In this document: piece after piece, positions 8,834-18,358 of the stretch
How the letters are laid out: every line of letters begins with the position of its first letter
Position numbering within the stretch: the first letter of the stretch is position 1
Assembly: GCA_937916055.1 (NCBI GenBank)
Contig: CALGHP010000065.1
Location: forward strand, 4,459-68,458
DNA length: 64,000 nt
Direction of reading: 5' to 3'
DNA from: an uncultured Treponema sp.
GTDB lineage: Bacteria > Spirochaetota > Spirochaetia > Treponematales > Treponemataceae
Made by a program: the position numbers and the translations under genes
The notes under the pieces: generated by a model
What the model was told of the DNA's origin: nothing
The model's database searches: none
The model's input: the letters and a program-made list of their open reading frames with translations, nothing else

Positions 8834-10381
8834 CTAACGTGCCTCAAGGTAGAACCTTGAAAGGTAGACAAGCCTTCTTGAGGCCTCGGTTCTGAGGCTG
8901 CTTGACGGAAAGCCCTCCGCAAGTGTCCTGTATGCGTCCACTGCGCCCTTTATGTCCTGAATCCCGGATTTCGCCTCAAGCGTCTGCCCCAGCAGGAACA
9001 GGGCCTCGTCCCGTCTTTCGGTCGAGGACGCAAGGAAACGGCTGACTTCATTTTTCGCTCCGGCATAGTCACCGGCCGCGTAAAGTTTTTTTGCGTTTTC
9101 AAGCATGTCAAGGCCGGATTCCGAGTCCGATGGATTGTCCGTGGGAACGTCATTCCGGAATTCCGGCTGTCCGGCGGCTTCCGCGGAGATTTCCTCACCG
9201 TTCCGGCTGGTCTCCGGTTCGGTAATGTCCTCATGTCCGGATTCTGTATCAGGCCGTGCTGTCTCCACTGCATCAGCCGCGGCGGGAGAGGGGGCATCCG
9301 CGCCTTTTCCGCCGGCGGCTTTGTCCTGTGCCGGAGATATGGTCTCCACGATGACCGGCGGATTTTCTCCGGCGCTCCGCGGCTGTTCCTCCGGTATTGA
9401 ATCAGTGCCGGAGGACGTGGCCATATCCGGCTTTTCCGGTACGGCATCCGCATAGGAAGGAGCCTTTATCCTGCTGCCGGGCTTTTTTGTCCGCTCCTTG
9501 CCCACCGACACTTCGATGTAATCGTCTATGTATCTGCCGGTGATGACGTCGGTTCTGTAGAAATGCAGCAGACTGGTTCCCTCTTTCGCGGCAAGCAGGG
9601 TGAATGTAGTTCCCGATGTTCCGAGCTTTCTTCCGAAGTACGTCAGTCCTTTTGAGCCGTCCGTGCTTCCGAGATAAACCCATCCGCTGCCCGGATACTC
9701 GATGTCAAGATATTCGCCGGGATTTATGCTCACGCTGCGGGACGGCGCGGGCTGCTCATCCGCGGAATTTCCGGTAATCATGTCAGGCATCTCATCGGGA
9801 GTCTCCCCGGCCGGAACCGGTTCCTGCGCATCGGCTGATTCCTCGTCGTCATCCACCGATATGACATCCTCCTCGTCAGTTCCGTTCCGGGACTCGTCAT
9901 CCTGCCGTGTGATTTCCGTGCCTGAGTCCGTGTCCGGAGGCTGAATGTCATCCTCCGTAACCGGGTACACCTCCGCCTGCGCCTGGGGATTTGTCTCTTC
10001 CTGCGGCAGCTCAGGAAGCTCCGGCTCTTCCACCGGCTCTGTGCGTATTTCCTGCTCCGGCGTGCTCTCTTCCGGCGGCGCGGGGAGTTTCTCGTCTGGC
10101 GGCGGCAGGTCAGTCACCTGAGGCTCTGTGATTTTGTCCGGTTCGGGTATGGGTACGCTTTCATCCGCGGGAACGGTTTCTTCGGACGCCGGCTGTTCAG
10201 GCGGGGCTGCATTCTCCGGAGCTTCCGTCGCAACAGAATTCTCCGTTTCCGGCGGTACCGGAGCTGTCTGTTCATTCCGCTGCTCCTGCGGAATCCGGGG
10301 CGAATCCGCTTCCGGTGATGATGCGCAGGAGAACAGAATCGCGGTCAGCGCGAATATAGGAAATATGACGTTCTTTCTCAC
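8834..10381 (-). CDS. Pro/Glu-rich lipoprotein with C-terminal TPR-like region
   Basis: GTG start overlaps the upstream stop (GTGA). Lipobox ILFSCAS. About 200 aa of P/E/T-rich low complexity. C-terminus reads KKLYAAGDYAGAKNE...LGQTLEA. Confidence 0.7.
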   Translation of the reverse strand: MRKNVIFPIFALTAILFSCASSPEADSPRIPQEQRNEQTAPVPPETENSVATEAPENAAPPEQPASEETVPADESVPIPEPDKITEPQVTDLPPPDEKLPAPPEESTPEQEIRTEPVEEPELPELPQEETNPQAQAEVYPVTEDDIQPPDTDSGTEITRQDDESRNGTDEEDVISVDDDEESADAQEPVPAGETPDEMPDMITGNSADEQPAPSRSVSINPGEYLDIEYPGSGWVYLGSTDGSKGLTYFGRKLGTSGTTFTLLAAKEGTSLLHFYRTDVITGRYIDDYIEVSVGKERTKKPGSRIKAPSYADAVPEKPDMATSSGTDSIPEEQPRSAGENPPVIVETISPAQDKAAGGKGADAPSPAAADAVETARPDTESGHEDITEPETSRNGEEISAEAAGQPEFRNDVPTDNPSDSESGLDMLENAKKLYAAGDYAGAKNEVSRFLASSTERRDEALFLLGQTLEAKSGIQDIKGAVDAYRTLAEGFPSSSLRTEASRRLVYLSRFYLEAR

Positions 10382-10767
10382 GGTGCGGCTCCTGTTATTC
10401 CTGATATGATGTTGTCATTTGTCCTGCCGAGCGAATCGATTTCCTTTTCGGACGGAGACGTGAACCATGATGAGGTCTCCTCTTCCGTCCAGCTGTCCTT
10501 TTTCTGCCGGATTATTGTGTAGCCTCCGGGAATTTCCGGGCCGTCGGGCGGAACCAGCTGCTCCGTAACGACCGGCGGCCTGTGTTCCGGCTCCGTTTTG
10601 GAGGAGGGCCTGTCCGACAGGATTATGATAAGCACAAGCACCGCTACGCAGAGCGCGGCTGCGGCAAGGGAGAGCTTCATGTGTTCCTGCACGAATGTTA
10701 CTGCGGCCTCAAAAACGGAATCCGCCTTTTTCGCCGCTTTGTTCCTGAATTCATTGAAATCCATCAT
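10378..10767 (-). CDS. small single-pass membrane protein, unknown function
   Basis: One hydrophobic helix (LSLAAAALCVAVLVLIIIL). Starts 2 nt after the smc stop and overlaps the next gene by 4 nt. Confidence 0.55.
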   Translation of the reverse strand: MMDFNEFRNKAAKKADSVFEAAVTFVQEHMKLSLAAAALCVAVLVLIIILSDRPSSKTEPEHRPPVVTEQLVPPDGPEIPGGYTIIRQKKDSWTEEETSSWFTSPSEKEIDSLGRTNDNIISGITGAAP

Positions 10768-10769
10768 TT

Positions 10770-13712
10770 TCAGCTGTTACCGCCGTTCTCCGCCACGGGA
10801 TCCGTAACTGTTCCGTCGGGATTGTGAATCCTCTTGGGCGGCCGCGGCGGCACATACACGCCTTCCTCAGGCGGTACGTCCTCCTCCTTGAATTCATCGG
10901 TTCCGCGGTCAACCGCAGCTCCAAGCTTTATGTCCCTGTCCAGTCTGAGCGCGATTATCTTGCTGACTCCGGATTCTTCCATGGTAACTCCGAGCATTGT
11001 TCCAGCGCCCATTACGGTCTTCTTGTTGTGGGTTATCACAATATACTGACTGACATTTGCGAACGATTCCAGCGTAGTCACAAAACTTGAGACGTTCTTG
11101 TCGTCAAGAGCCGCGTCTATCTCGTCAAGCAGGCAGAACGGGGACGGACGCACCTGATATGTCGCGAACAGAAGCGCCACAGCAGTCATGGTCTTTTCTC
11201 CGCCCGAAAGCAGCGCGATGCTCTCAAGCTTCTTTCCCGGAGGCTGCGCCAGAATGTCGATTCCGCTTGTCAGAATGTTCTTGGGATCCACAAGCTTCAG
11301 CTCGGCCCGTCCGCCGTTGAAAAGCCTTCTGAACATATTGTGGAAATTCTTCTTTATCTGGTTGTATGTCTCAAGGAACATATCGGATGACTTCGCCTTG
11401 ATCTCTTCGGATACCCGCAGCAGATTCTGGAGGCTCTTCTCCGTATCCTCATAGTTCACCTTCTGGCGCTCGTAGCGTTCCTTCACTTCCTGGAATTCCT
11501 CAGGAGCCATAAGGTTCACCGAGCCAAGCTGCCTGAAATTCTCTTTAGCGGCGGCCAGCTCCTCCCTAAGATCCGCGGCCTGCCGGGTGATTTTATACAT
11601 CCGCTCCTCGAATTCCATCAGATCCCTGGAGTACTGGTCCTGGAAATTCTGCTTTATGTTCTTTATGTCGTTGTCCGCGGAATTGAGCGAGAGCGTGAGC
11701 CTTTCGTACTGTTCCTGGTATCTGCGCTGTTCATCCTGTCTGCGTGAAAGGGCATCGCTTTTTCCCGACACGCTCTTGTTGCATTCCGCAATCTCCCCGT
11801 CGAGCCTGTTCAGCTCGTCGGCAAGCTTCTTTCCGCGGTATTCTATTTCGGCGAGCTCATCCTGGACGGCGATTATGCTGTCATTCAGCTCGTCCGCACG
11901 TTTTGATTCGCTATAAAGCTCGTCCTCAATGTCGCGGAGGGAATTCTGTTCGGATGTGAGTGTCCGCTCAAGCGTCACGGTCTGCTGCCTTGCCGCCGAG
12001 ATCTGCTCCTGCATCTTGACCTGATTTATCTTCAGCCGGCCGAGCGTCTCCCTGTATTCGGAGATTTTCTCCGTCAGTCCGGAATTTTCGGAGGCCAGCC
12101 TCTCTATTTCTGAATTTATTCCGTCAACCGTTTTCCTGTTTTCCTCAAGCTTGGCGTCAATCGCCCTCTTTCGGGTCATGATTCCTTCGGGCGAGAGGAA
12201 TTCCGTCAGAAACGAGGGTGATGATTCTATGTATGAGGAGATGTCGCTTTCGAGCTTTTCTATATATTCAGCTGTCCTTGCGAATGCCTCGGAAGCCTCC
12301 TTTACGGCCGCAACCGCATCCTGCAGCGAGGGGGATGTTTTTCCGGCAAAGTCGGAGAATATGTTCCTGCGTCCGTCCACAAAGACCCGGAGCTTTCCTA
12401 TAGTCGTGTCCAGACTCTCCTTTGCTGTCCTCATCGCGCTTTCGGAGAATCCCGCGTCCCTCAGGCGGCTGTCAAGTTTCGCCGCTATGTCCTCGGTTAT
12501 TTCCGCAAGCTCCTTCTGCATCCGCTCGTAGCTTTCTGACAGCTCCGATATTCTGCTCCTGTATTCAGCCGCGTTCCTCTCGTTGTCGGTTATTCTGGAG
12601 CCTGCTGTCCTGATGTTCTCCTCGAATGAGGCGATGTTGGCCGTCACGTCGTCAAGCTGCTTCGTCTTCGCATGAAGAGCCGCCTTCTGCTCGTCAATCT
12701 CCTCCTGAAGCGTGTCCATCCGTTCCTGAACCGCGGTCTTTCTGATTTCGAGGCTGCTGATTTTTTCCTTCAGCTCGGCCGCGCGCGTGTTGAACTGCTT
12801 GACGAGGTCAAGCTTTCCGTTTTTCTCCTTTCCGATTCCGAGAAGCTCCGCCTGTTTGGAATAAAGCTCATCCTGCATGGACTTGACCTTGTCCATGTTC
12901 TCCGAAATCGTGTTGTTGATCTCCTCGATCTCACGGCGGACCCTGTCGCGTTTCTCCTGCACGTTCTTCAGCTCCTCCTCGTGCCGCGATTTGTCCTGCA
13001 CAAAGGATTTCAGCCTGAGCAGTGTCAGGTCCAGCTCACATTCGTATATTTCGTCCTTGAATTTCCTGTATTTTATCGTCTTTTCCGACTGGATTTTGAG
13101 CGTGTCATACTGCCGCTTTATTTCGGTGAGCGCGATCTCTATCTGCTGCATGTTTATGCGTGTCCGCTCAAGCTCGCGTTCCGCCTCCGCGCATTCCGCC
13201 TTGCTCCGGCTTATGCCCGCCGCCTCCTCGAACAGATAACGGCGCTCCTCCGGCTTGTTCGACAGAATCAGGTCTATTTTTCCCTGTTCCATTATCGAGT
13301 AGGCCGCCTTTCCGACTCCGGTGTCAAGGAAGAGCCTCCGGATTTCGGACGGTCCGGCATGGCGGTTGTTGATGAAGTATTCCTGATCGCCTGAACGGTA
13401 GAGCCTTCTTTTTATCGCGATTTCCGACTCGTCAAGAGGAAGAAGCCCGTTGTCGTTGCTGAGGGTAAGCGTGACTTCCGCGGTATTCATCGCCGGACGC
13501 CGTTCCGTTCCTCCGAATATGACGTCCTCCATTTTTGCGGCGCGCAGATTCTTTGACTTGTTCTCTGCAAGAACCCATTTTATCGCGTCGACTACATTGC
13601 TTTTTCCGCAGCCGTTCGGACCGAGAAGCGCGGTGATTCCTTCTGAAAAATCAATATGGGTACGGTCTGCGAATGATTTGAAACCGTAGATGTCAAGACA
13701 TTTTAAGAACAC
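10770..13712 (-). CDS. smc: chromosome segregation protein SMC
   Basis: Walker A GPNGCGKSN, long coiled coils, a hinge, C-terminal LSGGEK signature and Walker B LLDEIDAALD. GTG start. Confidence 0.95.
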   Translation of the reverse strand: MFLKCLDIYGFKSFADRTHIDFSEGITALLGPNGCGKSNVVDAIKWVLAENKSKNLRAAKMEDVIFGGTERRPAMNTAEVTLTLSNDNGLLPLDESEIAIKRRLYRSGDQEYFINNRHAGPSEIRRLFLDTGVGKAAYSIMEQGKIDLILSNKPEERRYLFEEAAGISRSKAECAEAERELERTRINMQQIEIALTEIKRQYDTLKIQSEKTIKYRKFKDEIYECELDLTLLRLKSFVQDKSRHEEELKNVQEKRDRVRREIEEINNTISENMDKVKSMQDELYSKQAELLGIGKEKNGKLDLVKQFNTRAAELKEKISSLEIRKTAVQERMDTLQEEIDEQKAALHAKTKQLDDVTANIASFEENIRTAGSRITDNERNAAEYRSRISELSESYERMQKELAEITEDIAAKLDSRLRDAGFSESAMRTAKESLDTTIGKLRVFVDGRRNIFSDFAGKTSPSLQDAVAAVKEASEAFARTAEYIEKLESDISSYIESSPSFLTEFLSPEGIMTRKRAIDAKLEENRKTVDGINSEIERLASENSGLTEKISEYRETLGRLKINQVKMQEQISAARQQTVTLERTLTSEQNSLRDIEDELYSESKRADELNDSIIAVQDELAEIEYRGKKLADELNRLDGEIAECNKSVSGKSDALSRRQDEQRRYQEQYERLTLSLNSADNDIKNIKQNFQDQYSRDLMEFEERMYKITRQAADLREELAAAKENFRQLGSVNLMAPEEFQEVKERYERQKVNYEDTEKSLQNLLRVSEEIKAKSSDMFLETYNQIKKNFHNMFRRLFNGGRAELKLVDPKNILTSGIDILAQPPGKKLESIALLSGGEKTMTAVALLFATYQVRPSPFCLLDEIDAALDDKNVSSFVTTLESFANVSQYIVITHNKKTVMGAGTMLGVTMEESGVSKIIALRLDRDIKLGAAVDRGTDEFKEEDVPPEEGVYVPPRPPKRIHNPDGTVTDPVAENGGNS

Positions 13713-13808
13713 AGAACCCTCGTTTAATCAAATAAATAATCTGTACTATTATAGTGATTTGCCCCTGTCATATCAATGTCAAAATGAATCCGCGTCAGGC
13801 GACGGCCG

Positions 13809-14939
13809 TCAGTCATCGCCCTGCTGCGGCGCCGTGACTTCTCCATGAAAAATCTGCTTGGGGTATATTTTTATTCCGAGCCTTTTCTCAAGGGCGGCCA
13901 GTCTTCTCAGCTCGAATTCATCTCCGATTACGGCGTTTATGCCCGTCGCTCCCGCTCTTGCCGTCCGTCCGCTTCTGTGGACAAAAAAATCCTCGTCGTC
14001 GGGAAGATCCATCTGCACGATGTGCGTTATGCCGGGAATATCAAGCCCGCGGGCCGCAAGATCGCTTGTTATCAGTATTGCCGTCTTTCCGCTGCGGAAT
14101 CTATCCATGGAGGTCTTCCTTTCCTGGCTTCCTGATTTTGAGTGGAGCGCGTCGCACCGGATTTTTCTGAATGCGAGCTTTGATCTTATGTTCTCGACCT
14201 GATCGGGGCGTGAGGTGAACACGAGGAGCTTCGCCGGATTTTCCGCCGCGATGAACCTGCGGAGCGTGTCGATTTTATCCCTGCGCTCCGAATAGAATGC
14301 CCAGTGCGTTATGTTTCCTGCAAGCACATTCTCCGGCGGCATTATCACCGTCTCCGCTCCGGGAAAGAATTTTCTTGTCTGCGCGGTTATCGTGGCTGAA
14401 CAGGCTATCTTCTGCGCGTTTCCGGCCAGCCGCAGAAGCTCCCTTGTGTCGTCCGCGGATTCACGGCGCACGAGCCTGTCCGCCTCATCAAGCACGACGG
14501 CGGTCAGCTCAGGCAGCTTGAGTTTTTTCAGGTGGGCAAGCTCCACGAGCCTTGCCGGTGTTCCGATGACAATCTGCGGTTTCTCCTTGAGAGCCTCTAT
14601 CTGCCGGCGTATCGGCGCTCCTCCTATGAAAAGCGCTGTCCTGCGTCCGGAAATCTGCTTCGCCGCGGAATTTATCTGGGATGCAAGCTCGAATGTCGGC
14701 GCGGCTATCAGAATTTTTACGGATGTCTTGTCGCCGTTCCTCTCAAGTTTTCCGGCGAGCGGAAGCATATATGCGAACGTTTTCCCCGTTCCCGTCTCGG
14801 ACTGGAACAGGATATCCGCGCCTCCGTCTATCAGCGGAAAAACCCTGCGCTGCACTGCCGTGGGTTCCTTTATTCCGAGCGCCGCGATTTTTGCCTGTGT
14901 CTGCTCCGGAAGAAGTGAGAAAATGTCAGTCTGTTCCAT
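13809..14939 (-). CDS. DEAD-box ATP-dependent RNA helicase
   Basis: Motifs ETGTGKT, DEAD (VLDEADRL), SAT and HRSGRTARAG. Start trimmed to the ATG at 14939, because the listed 5' extension overlaps the divergent gene. Confidence 0.9.
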   Translation of the reverse strand: MEQTDIFSLLPEQTQAKIAALGIKEPTAVQRRVFPLIDGGADILFQSETGTGKTFAYMLPLAGKLERNGDKTSVKILIAAPTFELASQINSAAKQISGRRTALFIGGAPIRRQIEALKEKPQIVIGTPARLVELAHLKKLKLPELTAVVLDEADRLVRRESADDTRELLRLAGNAQKIACSATITAQTRKFFPGAETVIMPPENVLAGNITHWAFYSERRDKIDTLRRFIAAENPAKLLVFTSRPDQVENIRSKLAFRKIRCDALHSKSGSQERKTSMDRFRSGKTAILITSDLAARGLDIPGITHIVQMDLPDDEDFFVHRSGRTARAGATGINAVIGDEFELRRLAALEKRLGIKIYPKQIFHGEVTAPQQGDD

Positions 14940-14948
14940 AATCGGCTC

Positions 14949-14957
14949 AGTATAGCA
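14949..14957 (-). promoter_or_regulatory. extended -10 box TGCTATACT, 9 nt upstream of the helicase ATG
   Basis: Minus strand reads TGCTATACT-GAGCCGATT-ATG. No SD. Confidence 0.4.
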
Positions 14958-14972
14958 CACGGCGCATAAATC

Positions 14973-14981
14973 TGCTATAAT
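14973..14981 (+). promoter_or_regulatory. extended -10 box TGCTATAAT, 7 nt upstream of the ATG at 14989
   Basis: TGCTATAAT-TTTGCGC-ATG. No SD. Confidence 0.5.
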
Positions 14982-14988
14982 TTTGCGC

Positions 14989-16110
14989 ATGAAAATCGGA
15001 ATCGACACATTCGGCTGCGACCATGCGCGGTCCGGACTGGGCGCATATATATTGAATTTTATCGCCAACATTCCGGATGACGGTGAATTCTCGTTCGGTC
15101 TGTTCGGATCAGAGATTGACAGATACACTTATTCCGGAGACAGGGATATTCCCTTTGTCTCCGCGAATGTTCCAGACAGCCTTGAGGCGGAGCGCCTGTG
15201 GCATCTTTTCGGAGCGGGAAAGTTTACGGCCAGGAGCGGCTATGACGCAGTGCTCTATCCGGCGGCGGAGAAAGTCGTGCCCGTGTCGTTCAGGCGTCCG
15301 GGAATCGTAATCGCGAATAGCATAATATCCTCGTCTCCGGCATGGCATGACAGGATGTACCGCTTTCAGCTTAGAAGGGGACTCGTGAAGGCGGAGAAGA
15401 TAATAGCCGCCTCGGAATTCATAAAGAACGACCTTGTCTCCCTTGGGATCGACGGAAACAGGATTTCGGTGATTCACAACGGAATAGATCACAAGCTGTT
15501 CTATCCCTCCATGGAGGCGGATACGGATGTCGTGGAGATAAAGCCGTTCGCCATAAAGCGGCCGTATTTCATATACGGCTCAAGGCTTGCCGGTCCTGAG
15601 AAGAAACATCTTGAGCTGATAAGGGCATTCTCCCTGTTCAAGAGCAGGACCGGACTTCCGCACAGGCTTGTGCTGTCGGGGAGCGGCGGCGCGTATACGG
15701 AGTCCGTGCACCGCGCGGCGTTCGAGTCTCCTGCCGCGAGCGATATTTTCCTTACAGGCTATTTTCCGCATGAGAGCTTTCCGCAGCTGTATGCGGGGGC
15801 GGATGCGTGCGTTTTTCCGTCCGTCAATGAAGGCGTGGGGCTTCCTGTCCTGGAGTCTATGGCCTGCGGAATTCCTGTCATCTGTTCATCTTCCGGCGCG
15901 CTTCCGGAAATCGGAGGCGATGTGCCGCTTTATTTTGATTCGGACAATGTTGATGAGATGGCGGAGTGCATGGAGAAGGTGGTGACGGATCCCGTGCTGC
16001 GGGAGCGCATGGTCTCGGCGGGGCTTGAGCGCGCCGCGGAATTCAGCTGGGAGAAAACAGTCCGGACCACCCTGGATGCTGTCGCGGAGACTGTCTCCGC
16101 CGCAAGATGA
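14989..16110 (+). CDS. glycosyltransferase, GT4 (GT-B fold) family
   Basis: C-terminal E-x7-E region (PSVNEGVGLPVLESMACGIPVI). The ATG at 14989 is preferred over the TTG at 14983. Confidence 0.85.
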   Translation: MKIGIDTFGCDHARSGLGAYILNFIANIPDDGEFSFGLFGSEIDRYTYSGDRDIPFVSANVPDSLEAERLWHLFGAGKFTARSGYDAVLYPAAEKVVPVSFRRPGIVIANSIISSSPAWHDRMYRFQLRRGLVKAEKIIAASEFIKNDLVSLGIDGNRISVIHNGIDHKLFYPSMEADTDVVEIKPFAIKRPYFIYGSRLAGPEKKHLELIRAFSLFKSRTGLPHRLVLSGSGGAYTESVHRAAFESPAASDIFLTGYFPHESFPQLYAGADACVFPSVNEGVGLPVLESMACGIPVICSSSGALPEIGGDVPLYFDSDNVDEMAECMEKVVTDPVLRERMVSAGLERAAEFSWEKTVRTTLDAVAETVSAAR

Positions 16111-16136
16111 CGTGACCGGCAATATCTGAAGGCATT

Positions 16137-16199
16137 AAAAAGGCTGCCCCGGAGGTTTCAGTCGAACTTCCTGGAGCAGCCTTTTTTTTCCGCAGAGAG
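16137..16199. terminator. rho-independent terminator (hairpin + T8), A-run on the other side
   Basis: AGGCTGC (16141-16147) pairs with GCAGCCT (16186-16192), with further inner pairing. It is followed by TTTTTTTT and sits between convergent genes. Confidence 0.8.
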
Positions 16200-16201
16200 C
16201 G

Positions 16202-18076
16202 TCAGAATTTGAACTGGCTCATCTCGTCGTGGAGTTTTCCGACGTTTGAGCTGTTGTCCTCGACGTGCACGGTCGTGGTCGTCATCAGGTCAGCTATCTG
16301 GTTCACCACCTGCTTTATCGAATTCATGTTGTCGTTCGTTGTCTGCGTGGTCTTGCTCAGAATCTGCATCTCCTCGACAATCTGCTCGCCGCCCTGCATC
16401 ATCTCCTGCGCTCCGTCGCGGACGGTCGTGGTTGAGCTGTTTATTGAGCGGATTCCGTCAAGAACCTGCTGGTTTCCGGATGTCTGCTCCGCCATCGCGT
16501 TGGAGATGACCAGCTCCTGCTCCTTGACCTTTTCAGAGAGGTCGTAGATGACGTTGAACTGCTGCTGCACTTCCTTCGTGTTCTGCGATACGGTCGAGAT
16601 CGCCTCGGAAAGCGATTTCAGGCTTACCTCTATTGATTTTGACTGCTTGTCGGACTGCTCCGCGAGCTTTCTGATCTCGTCGGCGACTACGGCGAATCCT
16701 TTTCCGGCCTCTCCGGCATGTGCGGACTCAATCGCCGCATTCATGGCGAGAAGGCTTGTCTGGCTTGCGATTGTCTGGATCGACTTGCTGGCCTCAAGCA
16801 GGCTCGCCGACTGCGAGAGAACGCGCTCCGCCATGTCGACGGCATTCTGAACGCGGTTGCGGCCCTCATCGGATGCGGTCTTGAGGTCCTTCACCGTGCT
16901 CGTGTTCTTCTCAAGGATCGACGATACGCTGGCCACGTTCGCGACCATCTCCTCGATCGCCGCGGATGATTCGGTGATGGCGGCCGACTGGTTCTCGATC
17001 TCCTGGTTCAGGTTTCTGATCCTGTCGATTATCTGCGCTGCGGTGGCGTTCGCCTCCTCGACTCCGGCGGACTGGTTGTTCATCTCGTCCTTGACCGTGC
17101 TTATCGTCTGCTTTATGTCCTTGAGCGAGCCTGTGGACTCATGGATGTTGTTCACAAGGTTGTTGGAGACTGTCAGCGTGCTTTCCACTCCGCCCGCCAG
17201 CTCCGAGAACATGGTCTTCATCAGGTTGAACGAGCGGTTTATGTTGTTCGTGAGAAGTCCCAGCTCGTTGCGCGTTATGATTTTGAGCGGCTCGGACGTG
17301 TAGTCCCTGTGCGCCAGCCCGTAGATCACGTCATTTATCGGGTCTATGTTCTTCTTGAGGTCGAGCGTGTTCGTGATTGTCGTTATGGCGATCGCCGCAA
17401 TCGCTATGACCATTATTATGAGGAGCGTAGGCAGGAAGTTGTGGTAGGTGTCGCCAGATGAAATTCCGGGAACGGAGAGTGTGCCGAGCGTCAGCGTTCC
17501 GTTTCCGATTACGTTGACCGTGGTCATGATGATGAAGCGCTCCGTGTTCGATGACGTCGTGTTCCTCTTGTCGAACGGAAGCCACCACAGCATGTGCTCA
17601 AGCGATGAGATGTAGAGCGTGTAGAAGCTTATCGAAAAGAGCATTATCAGTCCGGCGTAAATCATGGTGAGCGAGAAAATAGGCGAATTTCCGTTGAACA
17701 TGGCGAATTCCATGTTGTTCGACTTGATTCCCTGCGCTATGCTGAGCGGAATCACGAATGCGAGGACGATGTTGTACAGCAGGAGAATTCTGTTTGACTT
17801 TGTGACGAAGTCGTTCAGCGACCTGATGCTCTCCTCGCTGCCGTCATAGGAATTCAGCCTGCCCTTGATCATGATCATGAATGCCGTCGGCGCGATTACC
17901 GCCATCAGGTGCGCCACGATGCTCAGCGGCGCCGACAAGGATGCCGCCACCTCAGCGCCGGACAGTATTCCTCCGGCCATCATGAGAACCGGACCGAGCA
18001 CGAACGGGAAGATAGATGTCGCATAGAGTGAGAACACTGTTACTGCGGGTAGATTTTTGTCAATCTGACTGTCCAT
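16202..18076 (-). CDS. methyl-accepting chemotaxis protein with multi-pass (about 6 TM) N-terminal region
   Basis: MCP signalling hairpin [38 protein letters not shown]-like segment. Several N-terminal hydrophobic helices. Confidence 0.9.
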   Translation of the reverse strand: MDSQIDKNLPAVTVFSLYATSIFPFVLGPVLMMAGGILSGAEVAASLSAPLSIVAHLMAVIAPTAFMIMIKGRLNSYDGSEESIRSLNDFVTKSNRILLLYNIVLAFVIPLSIAQGIKSNNMEFAMFNGNSPIFSLTMIYAGLIMLFSISFYTLYISSLEHMLWWLPFDKRNTTSSNTERFIIMTTVNVIGNGTLTLGTLSVPGISSGDTYHNFLPTLLIIMVIAIAAIAITTITNTLDLKKNIDPINDVIYGLAHRDYTSEPLKIITRNELGLLTNNINRSFNLMKTMFSELAGGVESTLTVSNNLVNNIHESTGSLKDIKQTISTVKDEMNNQSAGVEEANATAAQIIDRIRNLNQEIENQSAAITESSAAIEEMVANVASVSSILEKNTSTVKDLKTASDEGRNRVQNAVDMAERVLSQSASLLEASKSIQTIASQTSLLAMNAAIESAHAGEAGKGFAVVADEIRKLAEQSDKQSKSIEVSLKSLSEAISTVSQNTKEVQQQFNVIYDLSEKVKEQELVISNAMAEQTSGNQQVLDGIRSINSSTTTVRDGAQEMMQGGEQIVEEMQILSKTTQTTNDNMNSIKQVVNQIADLMTTTTVHVEDNSSNVGKLHDEMSQFKF

Positions 18077-18358
18077 TCTGTTTTTACGCTGACAGCTCCC
18101 TGGATGAGGCTGTCAGAGCTCCATTTATTATAAAGATTAGATAAACAGTTTCCGCATCCGCACTTTTTAAAATACAGTACAGATAATAGAGAAAATATTT
18201 TTTTTGTTCAAGACAACATCCGGCCGCTCTGATTTCCGGAGGCTGCGCCGTCCGTGTTGAATTCAGGCATGATTTTCTATAAAATGTCCGGAATCAACAG
18301 TCCCGATGGTGATGGTATTGTTGGAATTTCCGGCCGTAGAAGGCCCAAGGACGGTAAA

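Noticed and set aside
14940-15128. 5' extension of the helicase ORF across the divergent promoter region and into the GT4 gene
   Set aside because: DEAD-box Q-motif/N-terminal conservation starts after the ATG at 14939. The extension would overlap the GT4 gene and both promoters.
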